Source: Candidatus Woesearchaeota archaeon
GTDB lineage: Archaea; Nanobdellota; Nanobdellia; Pacearchaeales; GW2011-AR1
Assembly: GCA_964467035.1 (NCBI GenBank)
Contig: CAYXNX010000004.1
Coordinates: forward strand, 89-64,088
DNA length: 64,000 nt
Direction of reading: 5' to 3'
In this document: positions 8,133 to 22,000 of the stretch, piece by piece
How positions within the stretch are numbered: position 1 is the first letter of the stretch
Layout of the letters: each line of letters begins with the position of its first letter
Position numbers and translations under genes: made by a program
The notes under the pieces: model-generated
Databases searched by the model: none
Seen by the model: only the letters and a program-made list of their open reading frames with translations
Told to the model about the DNA's origin: nothing

Positions 8133-9926
8133 ATGAGGAGATTTAAAATGAGGTTTAATAATTTAATACAAAAAAGAAATTTTGGAAAAGTATTTCTCCT
8201 GCCTTTCCTGATATTTGTATCCCTTGCTTTTTTCCAATCTGGTTTAGTTTCTGCTGATTGTCCTCCTGATTTTATTAGCTACTGGTCACATGATGAGAAT
8301 TATACTGAAGGCGGAACCTCTCTTGATTTCTATCTTGAAAACGATGGAAACATAAATGGAATGAATGATGGTTCTTTAAATGGTGGAGTAACACAAGGTG
8401 TTGCTGGTAGAATTGGAAATGCTTATTCGTTTGATGGTAGTGATGATTATGTTGAAGTTCCTGATGATGCTTCTTTAAGATTTGATAATGGAGATAAATT
8501 TACAGCACAGGCTTGGGTTAATTTTGATACATTTGATACAGGAAGTATTGACCATTACACATGGATTTCAAAAGGAAATTTTGGTTTATCTAATGGGAAT
8601 TATCAATTTGGTTGGCATGGAAACGATAATGCTTTAAAATTTACACATAAAGAAGGGGGAAATTGGTATGATACTTTAGACACTTCTGGATTTACACCCT
8701 CAACTAATACTTGGTATCATATTGTCATAGTTGTTGATGCAGATAATAATGAAGTTAGTTTTTATGTTAATGGAGAATTAAAAAGCACAGTTTCAAATTC
8801 TGATTTAGATACTTTAACAAGCACAGAACAAGAGAGATTTTTAATTGGTGGGAGATTGAATAATGGATTTCAAGAAGCCGTAAATGGAAAAATAGACGAA
8901 GTAAGAATTTATGATAGGGCTTTATCTGAAGAAGAAATAGAAGGATTATACAACGCAACAGACCACACTGTTGTAAGGGATGAATTAATAGCAGAGTATA
9001 GAATGGAAGAAACTTCTGGCTCTACTGCTTATGATACAAGTTATATTCAATCAGGACAAGTGAATGAAGCTTATGATTTTGATGGAGAAGATGATTATGT
9101 AGAAATACCTGACGATGATAGTTTAGATTTTGGTTCTGGTAATTTTGCTATTTCTGTTTGGAGTAAGACTTCTTGGGAAAGCGATAATTATCAACAATTT
9201 ATAAATAAATATCTTGGAGGCCATGATGGATGGTATTTGGGATTAGACTTTAATCAAGAACCTATTTGGAAAGCAGGAGATGGTGACAATATAGCAGTTA
9301 GATATTCTCAAGATTATGCCGATGGAGAATGGCATCATTATGTAGGTATGAGGGATGGAGATGAATTAATACTTTTTATAGATGGAGAACAAGTTGGAAC
9401 AGCAGACTTTTCTGGAGTGGGAGATGTAGACACTTCAGAGGATTTAATTTTGGGAACAAATGCAGATGCATCTAAAAATTTCTATGGGGGAAAATTAGAC
9501 GAAGTAGCTATCTGGGATAGGGCATTAAGTGAAAGTGAAATTCAAAAGATTTATGATAGAAGTAATGACCCCAGTAATAAGTATTATTGCAATAGTAAAG
9601 CGAATTTAACCTGGGTGGAACCAACTGAAGACATTTATGTTGCTAAAAATAAATTCTGGAATTACAGCCTTAAAGCTACTTGTCCAGAAATAGGTCCTCC
9701 CTGCGGGAAGATAGATGTTACTCTTGACCCTGAGGAGGCTGAGAAATTAAAAGAAGGTAAGAAACTTCAGGTAAGCGGAGGAGAGGTTACAGGAGTTGCC
9801 GGGAATGAAGAAGGTACTGAGGATAAAGAAAATAAAAAAGGAAAAGAAAAAGGTTTTTGGGAGAAGATTACTGGGTTTTTTGTAAATTTATTTAAATCTG
9901 GGGAAGGAGGAAAAAATGAACAATAA
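8133..9926 (+). CDS. secreted protein with two LamG/concanavalin-like lectin domains
   Basis: N-terminal signal/TM segment. Twice repeated pattern G.AY.FDG.DDYVE.PDD ... G..DEV.I.DRALSE.EI. Confidence 0.75.
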   Translation: MRRFKMRFNNLIQKRNFGKVFLLPFLIFVSLAFFQSGLVSADCPPDFISYWSHDENYTEGGTSLDFYLENDGNINGMNDGSLNGGVTQGVAGRIGNAYSFDGSDDYVEVPDDASLRFDNGDKFTAQAWVNFDTFDTGSIDHYTWISKGNFGLSNGNYQFGWHGNDNALKFTHKEGGNWYDTLDTSGFTPSTNTWYHIVIVVDADNNEVSFYVNGELKSTVSNSDLDTLTSTEQERFLIGGRLNNGFQEAVNGKIDEVRIYDRALSEEEIEGLYNATDHTVVRDELIAEYRMEETSGSTAYDTSYIQSGQVNEAYDFDGEDDYVEIPDDDSLDFGSGNFAISVWSKTSWESDNYQQFINKYLGGHDGWYLGLDFNQEPIWKAGDGDNIAVRYSQDYADGEWHHYVGMRDGDELILFIDGEQVGTADFSGVGDVDTSEDLILGTNADASKNFYGGKLDEVAIWDRALSESEIQKIYDRSNDPSNKYYCNSKANLTWVEPTEDIYVAKNKFWNYSLKATCPEIGPPCGKIDVTLDPEEAEKLKEGKKLQVSGGEVTGVAGNEEGTEDKENKKGKEKGFWEKITGFFVNLFKSGEGGKNEQ

Positions 9927-10095
9927 GAGAATTTTTACATTTTTTCAAGTATTTTTATTAATTATGGTTATCTTGGTTTCTTTATCAGTAAGTGCAGATA
10001 TACAAAATATTTCTAATTCCTCTATAACAGGAAAATCAATAGAGGAAGGTGTTGAGGAAGAGACTAAAAAAAAACTAATTTTTCTGAAGGATTAG
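9916..10095 (+). CDS. signal-peptide fragment of the giant surface protein (out of frame with the body)
   Basis: ATG preceded by GGAGG (9906-9910). MNNKRIFTFFQVFLLIMVILVSLSVSA is a classic signal/anchor. The frame stops 21 nt after the A9 tract. Confidence 0.6.
   Translation: MNNKRIFTFFQVFLLIMVILVSLSVSADIQNISNSSITGKSIEEGVEEETKKKLIFLKD
10066..10074 (+). other. A9 homopolymer at the frame switch between the signal peptide ORF and the giant ORF
   Basis: A -1 slip (or a +1A/-2A length change) here joins frame 1 (9916..) to the frame that is open from 10068 to 24692. Confidence 0.7.
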
Positions 10096-13000
10096 TTTCA
10101 GATAATTCTACTTTAAACAAGAGTCCTAATAAAAAAACAGATTTTAATGATACTAAAAATCTAAATGAATCAAATCAAACAGGGATTGACGGAAATAATA
10201 CTCCAATTAACAATACCAATAACAATACTAATCCTAAAATAAACCAGTCCAACCAAACTCTAGGAAACAATACAGATTTTAATGAAACCACAAGTAATGA
10301 AACTCTGGATAATAAAACTCTGGATAATAAAACTCAGGATAATGGGACAATATTAAATCAGACCACTAACAATAAAACTATTGAAAACAGAACAACTGAA
10401 GATGAAACTCCTGATAAGGAAACCTATGAGAATAAGACGTTTGAGAACGAAACCTATGGGAATGAAACTTTTTCTAGAGAAAACAAGAGTCTGTTAGTAA
10501 ATATTACAGAGCCAATTCACGAAGATATTAAAATTGGAGAGAATGTTAAGTGGAATTCTAATTTAATTATTTATAATCCTTACAATCATACCTGGAATAA
10601 TTTTTCTATAAACATAACAAAAAAAATCCCTGAAGATGCTTTTAATATTTCTGTTAATGGAAGTAAAAAGGAAAAAATAATTATTTCAGAAATAGATTCT
10701 CAAGAAGAAATAAAAAAAGATATTGAATTTTACACTTCTCCTGTAAAAATTAATATAACTGAAAACAAGACTCAAACCAGTCTTTTGGATATCTTGCCTC
10801 CTGAAGCAAACAATGTTCAAATAAAAGAAATGAAGAAAGAACAAACAAATACATTAGAAAAAAATATACAGAGTTCAAAAAAAGAAAGCCTAAAACCATC
10901 AGATATAAAAGGGGAAACAATAAGAAAAAATATTGTTTTAGAGCATAATTCAAGTTTACATTATAAAAATTTCTCAATAAATATTGATACAAATTCTTCA
11001 AAAGTCAGAGTAAAGGAAAAAGGGAAAAAAGAAGTTTTGTCTGAAAACAGAAAAGGAAAAATAGAATTAAAAGTTGATAGATTATCAAAAAAAAGTTTTG
11101 TTGTTGAAGAACAAGTTGAAGGATTTTCTGTCCTAAAAAAGAAACATAAGGATATTGAGGTTGGAAAAGATGTAAACTGGAGCATGAATCTAAATTTAAC
11201 TTCTGAAAATAAAATTGTAGAAGTCACATATCAAACACCTCCCCCTGAAAAAGAAGAAGAAAGGATTCCAAATGGGAAAAAAGTTAAAGTTTATTCAAAT
11301 TCTTCAAACCATTATTATAATGTTTCTGCTTCCACAGATATTTCTGAATCAAAGATAAAGCCAAGAATCTATCATTTGATTGATGGAAAAAGGGTGGATA
11401 TTACAAATAAAGAAAAATATAATGTTAGATTTATTGATGAAAACAATAATTCAAAATACGACAGAATTGAATGGAATGTCCCAAAATTATCTGAACAGGA
11501 ATTTGAGATTATTGAAATCTCTGATGCTCTTCATTTAGATGAAAACAGGAATTTTATAAGAGATGTTTATGACAAAGTTAAGGAAAAAGACGATAATTGG
11601 GCAACAATTAATAATTCTCAATATTTAAGAGCAACTTTTGAAGAGAATCTAACAGAAGATAATGATATAACTATTTATGCTAGACCTCTTGAGAGTTCAG
11701 GCTCCATAGATATTTATAAAAAAGGAGAGAATAACATAATAGCCAGTTTTGATAATATAGACAATGAGAAAGAATATAAAACTTACTTAGAGGGAATGAC
11801 AGGTTCCTCAAAAACCTTTGATTTAAAGATGTCAGGAGATATAGAACTTGATTATATTACAGACCCTACTGAAGACCCAATGGGAAATAAAGGGGCTATC
11901 TCAACTACTCCTGGAGACACTCCTTTTTATACAATAGATTCTAATCCGCAGAGTTGCAATTTAGATAGAGGAGAAAGTTGCACATTAACTTGGAGAGTTA
12001 ATGCTACAGGCTCAGAAGACACTCCTTGGAATTTTTATGGTATAATAGATTCAATCCATGATTCAGTAAATAACATGTATTCAGAAATAGTTAATGTCAC
12101 AATAACTTCCCTAAGTATTTCAGAGAGTTTTAATCCAAACCAAAATATAGAGACCAATGAAGTTGTTACTGTTTACGGAAATATTGAAACAAGTGGAGGT
12201 GAGAGAATAGGAAATAATCCTGTTTCAATTTATGCTAATGGAAACTCGCTGGGAACTACTTCAACTGATTCAACAGGTTTTTACGAATTTGATTTTAGTT
12301 TACCCACATCAGGAACATATGATATAAATGTCACAGCTTCAAGAAATAACTTATATACAGACAACTCCAAACAAATTAAAATATGGCCTTCTATTAATGT
12401 TACAGAATCAATTAATCCAGATACTACACAAGTAAAAGAAAATGTTAGTATTTTTGGTCATGTAGAACTTTATAATGGAACTATCTTAGAAAATCATGAC
12501 ATAAGTATTTATATGGGCGAAGATGAATTAAAATACAATTCTTCTTCAGGAATGCTTGAAAAAGACGCTACAGGAGATCTAACTACAGATTCATCAGGAA
12601 ATTACAATTACACTTATCAAATACCTTCAGAAGCAGGAGGAGCATATATTGTAAAAACAAACACTTCATATCACCATGAAAGGACAGGAGAAAGTACAAA
12701 AACCCTCTATGTCCAGTCAGGAGATGAAAAACTGGGAGCTATTCCTGAAACAGAAGGAGCAAAACCTTTCTATACAATAGATTCTAATCCGCAGAGTTGC
12801 AATTTAGATAGAGGAGAAAGTTGCACATTAACTTGGAGAGTTAATGCTACAGGACACCAACATGTGGGATTTTCTTTTTATGGAATTATAGAATCAATCC
12901 ATGATTCAGTTAGTGATGTGGAAAGTTCAAAAAACGATATAACAATAGCAGGAATGAATCTAAGCGAGGATTTCAATAAAGTAAGTGTTGATGAAAACGA

Positions 13001-16000
13001 GAGTACAGTGGAAGTTTACGGTTATTTAAACACTACAGATGGAGAGCCAGTAAAGGACCACAATATTTCAATTTATATTGATGGGAATAGATATTATTAT
13101 AATTCGGGAACAGATAAAATTGAACAAGGAGCTTCAGGACAAACTAAAACAGATTCAAATGGTTTTTATAATTACACATTTACTGTTCCAACAGCCAAAC
13201 ATACAGTTTTTATTAACTCAACACTAAATAATATTTATGCAGAAGAAAATAAAACCTTATTGATGCGTCCTGAGTGGAACTTAACATTAAATGGTGTTTC
13301 GGATAATATAACTATAAGTTCAGGAGAAGAGGTAGATGCAGAGATATCTGTTACAGATCCTTCAGTAGCTAACATGAGCATCTATAGAGAAGGAGTTCTT
13401 AGAGCAGAAGTATATGGAGGAGGAAACTTAACTTACATTGATTCAGATTACATTGAAGACAAATACTATAATATCACTGCTTTTTTTCCTGAACAAGAAG
13501 GTTATCTAAGCGACTCTATAACATATTTCGTTATTGTAGGGCCTGATGCGACAAATCCCGATGTTACTCTCCTCTCTCCCGAGAATAATTCAGAACTATA
13601 CGGAACTACAGAATTCAGGTTTCATGTAAGTGATAACTTCCTTAGACCATTAGACTGTTCTTTATACCTAAATGGAACTAAACAAGAAAATAAGTCAGTC
13701 AGTCCTAACAGCAACCATTCTTTCAATATTAGCTCAGTTCCAACAGGTTTTCCTGGAGAATGGTATGTTAATTGTACAGACGAGGCAGGTAATTCAGATA
13801 AAAGCGAGGTTAGAAATTACAATTTTGATAGTACTAAACCATTCATTAATATAACTTCTCCTTCAAACGGAACACTCTTTTACACTCCTACACCTGAATT
13901 AACTGTTTTTGTAAATGACTCTTATTCTTCAAATTTCAATTATTCCATTTTTATAGAAGGAGAGGTTAATAAAGAGGGTGGCGGTCTTACTACAGGAAGC
14001 AACAATATAACAACAAATCAATTGGAAAATGGAACTTATGAAGTAATAGTACAAGCAATTGATGAGTACGGTAATAAGGCTAATTCAACTCCTAAGTATA
14101 TTGAGGTTGATAATGCTTATGTATCTCTAATCTCCCCGGAGGATAACTTTGTTACCACCAGCCCTACAATTAATTTTGATTACAAATACATAGATGATGA
14201 TTATTCTACAGCTGATTGTTCTTTATATGTAAATGGTGCTCTGGAAGATAGTGAAAGTGATGTGTTAGAAGGCACTGAATCTACATTAACTTATGACCAT
14301 GGACAACAAGGGAGGGATATTAACTGGCTTATTGAGTGTGAAACTCCGAACTACGATAGGTCTAGTGAAAGGGCTATTTCAATAGATTATAAGAATCCAT
14401 GGTATAGTGACATCTCTGAGAATCCTGAAAGTGTTGCTAACTATACAGAAGAAAATAATACATTCAGCATAACTGCTAAAGATAATATTGAAATAGGTTC
14501 TGTTGTAATTGAGCATAATTTTTCAGGAACTCCAGAAAATAAAACCCTTGATTGTAGTGGCAGTGATACAGAAAGAGATTGTTCTTTCAGTAAGCAACTA
14601 TCTCCTGGAAATTATTATTATAAGTATTACATCAATGATAGTTTTGGATTAAAAAACTCTACAGAAGAAATCTCGTACATTGTTCAAAGAGAAACTCCTT
14701 CTTTAACTTTAAATTCAGACCCTTCATGGAATGAAGAACTAGGTACAGAAACAAATATAACCTGTTCTGTTGAGGAAAATGTCAATATTTCTTTGTATAG
14801 GGATGGTGTTTTGATGGGCTCTTCTGTTGGAGGGAGTATCTCTGACATACAATCCTTAGATATTGGAACTTACAATTATGTATGTAATAGTTCTGAGACA
14901 TCTCAATACAGGCCCAACTCGATAAGCAATACTTTAAATATAACTAAGAAAGAAGATAACATAGGTTTATTCCTCAATGGAAATCAAAATAATTTGACTA
15001 TTGCCTATGGAGAAGAAAGTAATGCTACTGCAATTTCCGATTCAGGAACTGAACAATTGTTTAGAGATGGTATTGAGATAAGTAATCCAGATATAAACAA
15101 TTTAGGAGTTGGTTATTATGAGTATTTGGCTAATTCTACAGGAAATTCCAATTATTCTTCTGGCGGTCCTGTTGGATATTATCTAAATGTTACGAGAGCT
15201 CAGACCAATATCAATCTAAGTATAGAACCAGATCATATCTACACTGGACAACAAGCAAATTTTACCTGTAATGTTAATCATAACCAATCTCAAATTACTT
15301 TATATGAAGATGGAGCAGAATTGATTTCAGGTTTTGGGAATATTAGTTACTCAAAAACTTATAGCTCTGAAGATAATTATACAATAACATGTAATACTTC
15401 TGAAAGTCAGAACTATACTTCTTATTCAGAAAGTCAGTTATTGGGTGTTGGGCCTAAATCAAATACAACTCTGGATTTAACAGCTAACCCTTCATGGAAT
15501 GAAGTGTATGGAACTGAAACAACTGTAGATTGTTCTGCGAACCATAATGAAGCAGAACCCAATCTTTTTGTAGGGGGAGAAAGTGTTTCGATACCTCACA
15601 CAACAAAACATCCTGCAGGAGAATATAACTATACTTGTAATATAAGTGAAACTGCAAACTATCAACCTGAAGAGGCATCAAATATAATGAATATAACCAA
15701 GACAGAAGATAACATAGGTTTATTCCTCAATGGAAATCAAAATAATTTGACTATTGCCTATGGAGAAGAAAGTAATGCTACTGCAATTTCCGATTCAGGA
15801 ACTGAACAATTGTTTAGAGATGGTATTGAGATAAGTAATCCAGATATAAACAATTTAGGAGTTGGTTATTATGAGTATTTGGCTAATTCTACAGGAAATT
15901 CCAATTATTCTTCTGGCGGTCCTGTTGGATATTATCTAAATGTTACTAGGGCCACCCCAAACATAACCTTAAATTCAGACCCTTCGTGGAATGAAGAACT

Positions 16001-19000
16001 AGATACAGAAACAAACATAACATGTTCTGTTGAGGAAAATGTCAATATTTCTTTGTATAGGGATGGTGTTTTGATGGGCTCTTCTGTTGGAGGGAGTATC
16101 TCTGACATACAATCCTTAGATATTGGAACTTACAATTATGTATGTAATAGTTCTGAGACATCTCAATACAGGCCCAACTCGATAAGCAATACTTTAAATA
16201 TAACTAAGAAAGAAGATAACATAGGTTTATTCCTCAATGGAAATCAAAATAATTTGACTATTGCCTATGGAGAAGAAAGTAATGCTACTGCAATTTCCGA
16301 TTCAGGAACTGAACAATTGTTTAGAGATGGTATTGAGATAAGTAATCCAGATATAAACAATTTAGGAGTTGGTTATTATGAGTATTTGGCTAATTCTACA
16401 GGAAATTCCAATTATTCTTCTGGCGGTCCTGTTGGATATTATCTAAATGTTACTAGGGCAAGTCCTGGCCTTGAGTTTTCCAGTGAAAATGGATTCAAAA
16501 TATATAAAGGCCAAAATACAACTATTGTATGTAATTCTTCAGATGAAAACCTTCTTGTTAATCTTTATAGGGATGGTTCTTTAGTAAATACATCTAATGG
16601 AAGTGTAAGCGAGTTTGTTGATTTTTCAAGTGGAAGTTATGATTATAAGTGTAACACTACAGGAAATAATAATTATTCTAAAGAGGAGATATCTCAAAAT
16701 CTTAATGTCTCAAATAAAACAGAAACTAAATTAGTCCTTGATTCTAGTGAAGGATGGACCATATCTGAAAAGGAGGAAACTACTCTTTCCTGTGAAATTG
16801 AAAATCATGATGAAACAAATGCCTCTTTATTTATAGATGACACTCTGGTTTCAAGTCCTTATAATTTTAATGATTCTCTAGGAGATTATAGCATAAAGTG
16901 TAATTCAAGTGAAACAGAAAATTATAGTTCAGAAACAAAAACTAAAGAATTAAATGTTAGAGAAGAAGGAAGTTGTAATTTAAGTTTTAGTAAGGATTCT
17001 GCATATAGAAAAGAAAATTTTACTGTTTATTGTAATTGCTTAGGCAATAGCCAAGAGCAATTGTTTAGAGAAGGCAATAATGTAACAGAAGAAATTGGCA
17101 AAAATGTTTCATTGGATAGTGCAGGAACATATGGCTATTTATGTTATGCTAATCAAAGTTCTCAATATCTTTATGCTGAAAATACTTCTTCCTTTACAAT
17201 AACTAAAACTCCTTCGGATATAAATTTAACACTTAATGGGGCAGAAAACAATATAACTGTTAGCCAGGAAGAGAATGTAGATATTGTATCCAGTATGGTT
17301 AACCCCTCTGAAGGAAGTATAACTGTTTTTGAAGACGGAAGTATAATACGGGAAGGAGAAAATAGAGTCTCTTTCCTTAAGGAGTTTAATAATCCAGGCA
17401 AGTATAAAATAACATCAAAATTTTCAGGAAACTCTGACTATAGTTCTACTAATGAAAGTTATTATGTAAATGTTCTTAATACAGAAGCTCCTGAAATTAA
17501 TTTGATTTCTCCTGAAGATAATTCCTGGATTTCCACAACAAGCAAAAATTTCAAATTTTCAGCAGATGATGAAGATGATGAAGTCAATTGTTCTTTATAC
17601 ATTAATGGAGGTGAAATTTCAAGTAAACAGGTTTCAACAGGAACTGAGCAACAATTTAGTTTTAATGGTTTAGATGAAGGAGAGAATCAAAAATGGAGTA
17701 TAGATTGTAAGGATTCTGCAGGAAATTATGCAAATAAATCCAGGAATTTCAATGTTGATTTAACAAAACCAAATGCCACTATTCTTTCTGAGGATATGAA
17801 TGTATCAGACAGTACCCCTACAATAGAAGTAGTTATGGAAGATAACTATGCTTCTAATTTATCCTATGAAATTTATGTGGACGATTTGGATAACACACAA
17901 GGTTTTAAATTAAACAAAGAAGGCTCTGGAATTGAAAACGGAACACCCACAAACATTACTCTAGACCAATTATCAAAAGGGACTTATAAAGTATATGTAA
18001 AAGCTATTGATAACGCAGGCAATACTTTTTCTTCTGAAACAATTACTATAGACATTTCCGGAAGTGTGATGTTCCTATTAAGTCCTGATAATAATTACCA
18101 TAGCAGTGACGATGATATAAACTTTACATTCAGGTTCTCATCTGAAACCCCTGAAATGAACTGCAGTCTTTACATTAACGATACAATTGTTGCTAATAAC
18201 GAATCTACAGAAGAGGGTGTAAATACTACTTTTGAGATATTTGATATTCCTGATTATTTTTCAACAAAATGGAGTGTAAAATGTTTCAAACCCTCGGATC
18301 CAGAAGTTAATGCAAATGATACTTATAATCTAAGAGTTGATACAGAAAAGCCCAAGTGGAAAAATCATAGTAGATACTATAATGCAAGTGAAACAGGTAT
18401 AACATACATTAATGTGACATTTACAGATAATTATGAAGTTGGAGATATTATAATGGAGAATGATTTTGATGGTGGGTGGAAAAACACTACTTTAAATTGT
18501 GAAGGAAACAGGACTTATAAGAAATGTAGCTATTCAGAAAGACTTCATGGAGGAAACCATACATATAGGTTTATTGGAAATGATTCAACAGGACAAGTAA
18601 ATAAAACACCTTACTTTAATCATCTTATTATAGAAAAATACGAATTCCTGTTAAATGATAAGGATTCGGATATTTGGGTGCAACCAGGAGCAGTAGTGAA
18701 GGTATATTCAAATTTTGTAGAGCCGGAATCAGGGGATGTTCATGTTTATAGAGAAGATACAAAAATAGGGACATGCAGTAATGCTAACGGATGTAGTTAT
18801 TATCCTTCTTTTGAAGAACCAGGAGTTTATAACATGACAGCTAATTTTTATAGCAATTATACTGATAAAACATATAAGAGAAACCATCTTGTTTATGTTA
18901 ATGGTACTCCACCTAAAACTAATATCTATAAGAATACATCCCATGTAGAGCAAGGGTATGAAAATATCTACATTAACTGGACAGCCAGTGATTCATTTTT

Positions 19001-22000
19001 AAACAATTCAGAATTTAATATAACTGATCCTGATGGAAATTTAATTTATAATTCTTTTAATAGTGCTGGAGAAGTTATTTTACAGCTTGATAATTTAACT
19101 CGTGAAGGGACCTATGATATAAGATTATATGCAGATGATTATTCAGGTAATAAGAATGAATCGCAGGATACTTTTGAAGTTACAGACTCTATGTCTCCTT
19201 CTCTTTCAATTTTTAAGAACCAATCAGAAGTTGAATATAACGAAGAGTCTATATATATTAACTGGACTTCTACAGACCTTAATCTAGATACAACTGAATT
19301 TAATGTGACTTATCCTAATGGAACTCTTATTTATGAAAGCACTTCAGAAACAGGAGAAATAAATTTAACTCCAGGGGATATTACAGAACTAGGAGATTAT
19401 GAAATTAATTTATGGGCAAATGATACCGCGGGTAATGAAAATTCAATTAGTGAAATTTTTGAGGTGGTAGATTTAGGATCTCCTGAAGTAAATATTCATT
19501 CTCCAGAAAATAAAACTTATGGTATTGAGGAATTGTTAGTTAATATTACTGCTAATGATGAACATGGGATTGACCAAATTTGGTATAATTGGAATGGAAC
19601 AAATGTAACTTATACAAATCCAACTAACGTAACATTTAATCAAGGATTGAACACTCTAAAAGCATGGACAAATGACACTTCGGGAAATATAGCTAAGGAT
19701 AATGTTACATTTACTATAGATACAGTTCCTCTTAATATAAGTATATTAAACCCTGGAAATAATTCTAAATTCAACTATTCTAATATCATTTTCAATGTTT
19801 CTTCAAACAAGGAAATGGAATGGTGTGGAATATCCATTGATGATGGAGATAATATTACAATGGAATTAAATAATTCGGGGACAGGAGCAAATTATTCAGA
19901 TACTTTCGAGGATAGAGAGCATTACTTTGAAGTAAGTTGTAATGATAGTGTTGGGAACACAGACACCTCTGGGAAATATTTCTTCTTAGTTGATACAATA
20001 AATCCTAATCTTTCAATTTTTAAGAATGAAACAGAAGTTGAATATAACGAAGAGTCTATATATATTAACTGGACTTCTACAGACCTTAATCTAGATACAA
20101 CTGAATTTAATGTGACTTATCCTAATGGAAGTGTAGTTTATTCCTCAGGTAATAGTGATGGGGAATTCGGTTTATCTCCTGCAAATCTAACTTCGGTGGG
20201 ATATTATAATGTTAGCTTGTGGGCCAATGACACAACAGGCAATGAAAATTCAATCAACGATAGCTTTGAAGTTTTTGCAGAAGTTGAACTGAATATATCA
20301 AAAACAAGCAATCTTGAAACAATTGATCCTACTGGAGGAGAGTTTAATTATATAATAAATATCTCAAATATTGGTTATGGGGATGCAAAAAATATAACTT
20401 TAGTTGAAAACTATCCTGAAAATGTAACATTTATTAATTCTACCCCTACGCCTGATTCAGGAAACAATACTTGGAATTTTAGTGTTGTGGAAGAAGGAGA
20501 AAATAAAATCATAGATATAATAGTGGATGCAAATTATGGTATTGAAAATGGAACTGAATTAGTAAACATAGTGAACCTTACCTATCTTGGAAGAGATAAA
20601 ACTGAAAAAAATATTAGTGCTATAGAAATAACAAAAATTATTGATGAAAATCTCCCAAGTGCTTTATTAATATCTCCTTCAAATGCTTCCATATTTAATG
20701 AGTCTAATGTTGAATTCATTTGCTCAGGAATGGATAGTGAATCTGTGCAAAAGATAAAGTTGTATGGTAGTTGGGGAAGCGGATGGGAAGTTAAATCTGA
20801 AGAAGAAGTTAATGGAACCTCTACTTCTGCAACATTTAATGAGGATGTTTTAGATGAGGGGAAATATATTTGGAGTTGCGAGGTTATAGATATTGGCGGA
20901 AATAAAGTTATGGCTTCTCAAAATAGAACATTTACAGTAGATGAAACTCCTCCAACAGTAGATTTAATAGACCCTGTAGGAAATAAAACAGTAGGTGATA
21001 AAAATATAGAGCTTACCTATAATGTTAGTGATAATCTTTCGAATGTTGAATCGTGTGAATTGTTTATTGATAATTCTTCTGTTAAATCAAGCAACAATAT
21101 AAATGAAAATTCTGAAAATAATTTCAATGTAAGTTTAAATAACAGGGTATACGAATGGAAAGTATCTTGTATAGATGAAACAGATAATGAAGGATTTTCT
21201 GATACTGAGACATTTAATGTAGAACTTTTGTTAGATGTTACCTTGAACACCCCAAAAAATAATTCTTATCTTAATGATAGTAATGTAGAATTGAATTGTT
21301 CTGCAGAGTCAGGATATCAACTAAGTAATATGACTATTTTTCTGAAAAATGGGACATGGACTAATAAAACATTTAATGTTTCAGGATATACCAACACTTC
21401 AATCTGGGAGGTAGAAAACCTTTCAGAAGGAGAATCTGAATGGTATTGTTCTGCAAGCAATATTGAAGGAAATGAGTCTACCTCTATTAACAAAAATACC
21501 TTTTATGTTGATTTGACAAATCCTTATATTGAGTTAATTGAACCTGGAAATAATAGTATAAAGAATGAAGAAGAAACCACTTTTAAGTATAATGTGACTG
21601 ATAATATATCCCTTATACCAAGATGTGATTTTTATTTGGATGGAGCAAAAAACGAGAGCTTTTTCAATGTAAGTAAGAATACAGTCCAGGAGTTTGGTAA
21701 GGAGGTATCTGAGGGTAGGCATAACTGGAGTATAAATTGTAATGATACTTCAGGCAGGTTAGGTTCTTCTCCTGTATTTTATTTCAATTATACTGGTGCT
21801 AGGTATACTGTTAATATAACCAATCCTTACACAGATATATATGAATCGCATTTCCATCTCCCTCCAACCGAATCCTGGTTTAGTAATTATACAGAAGCAT
21901 ATTTTAACAAAACCTATGATGTTAATGCTACAATAGATGTATTCAAATCAATATATGGTTGTTCCGCAAGTCTTATTATTAAACCAGACAATTTAACATA

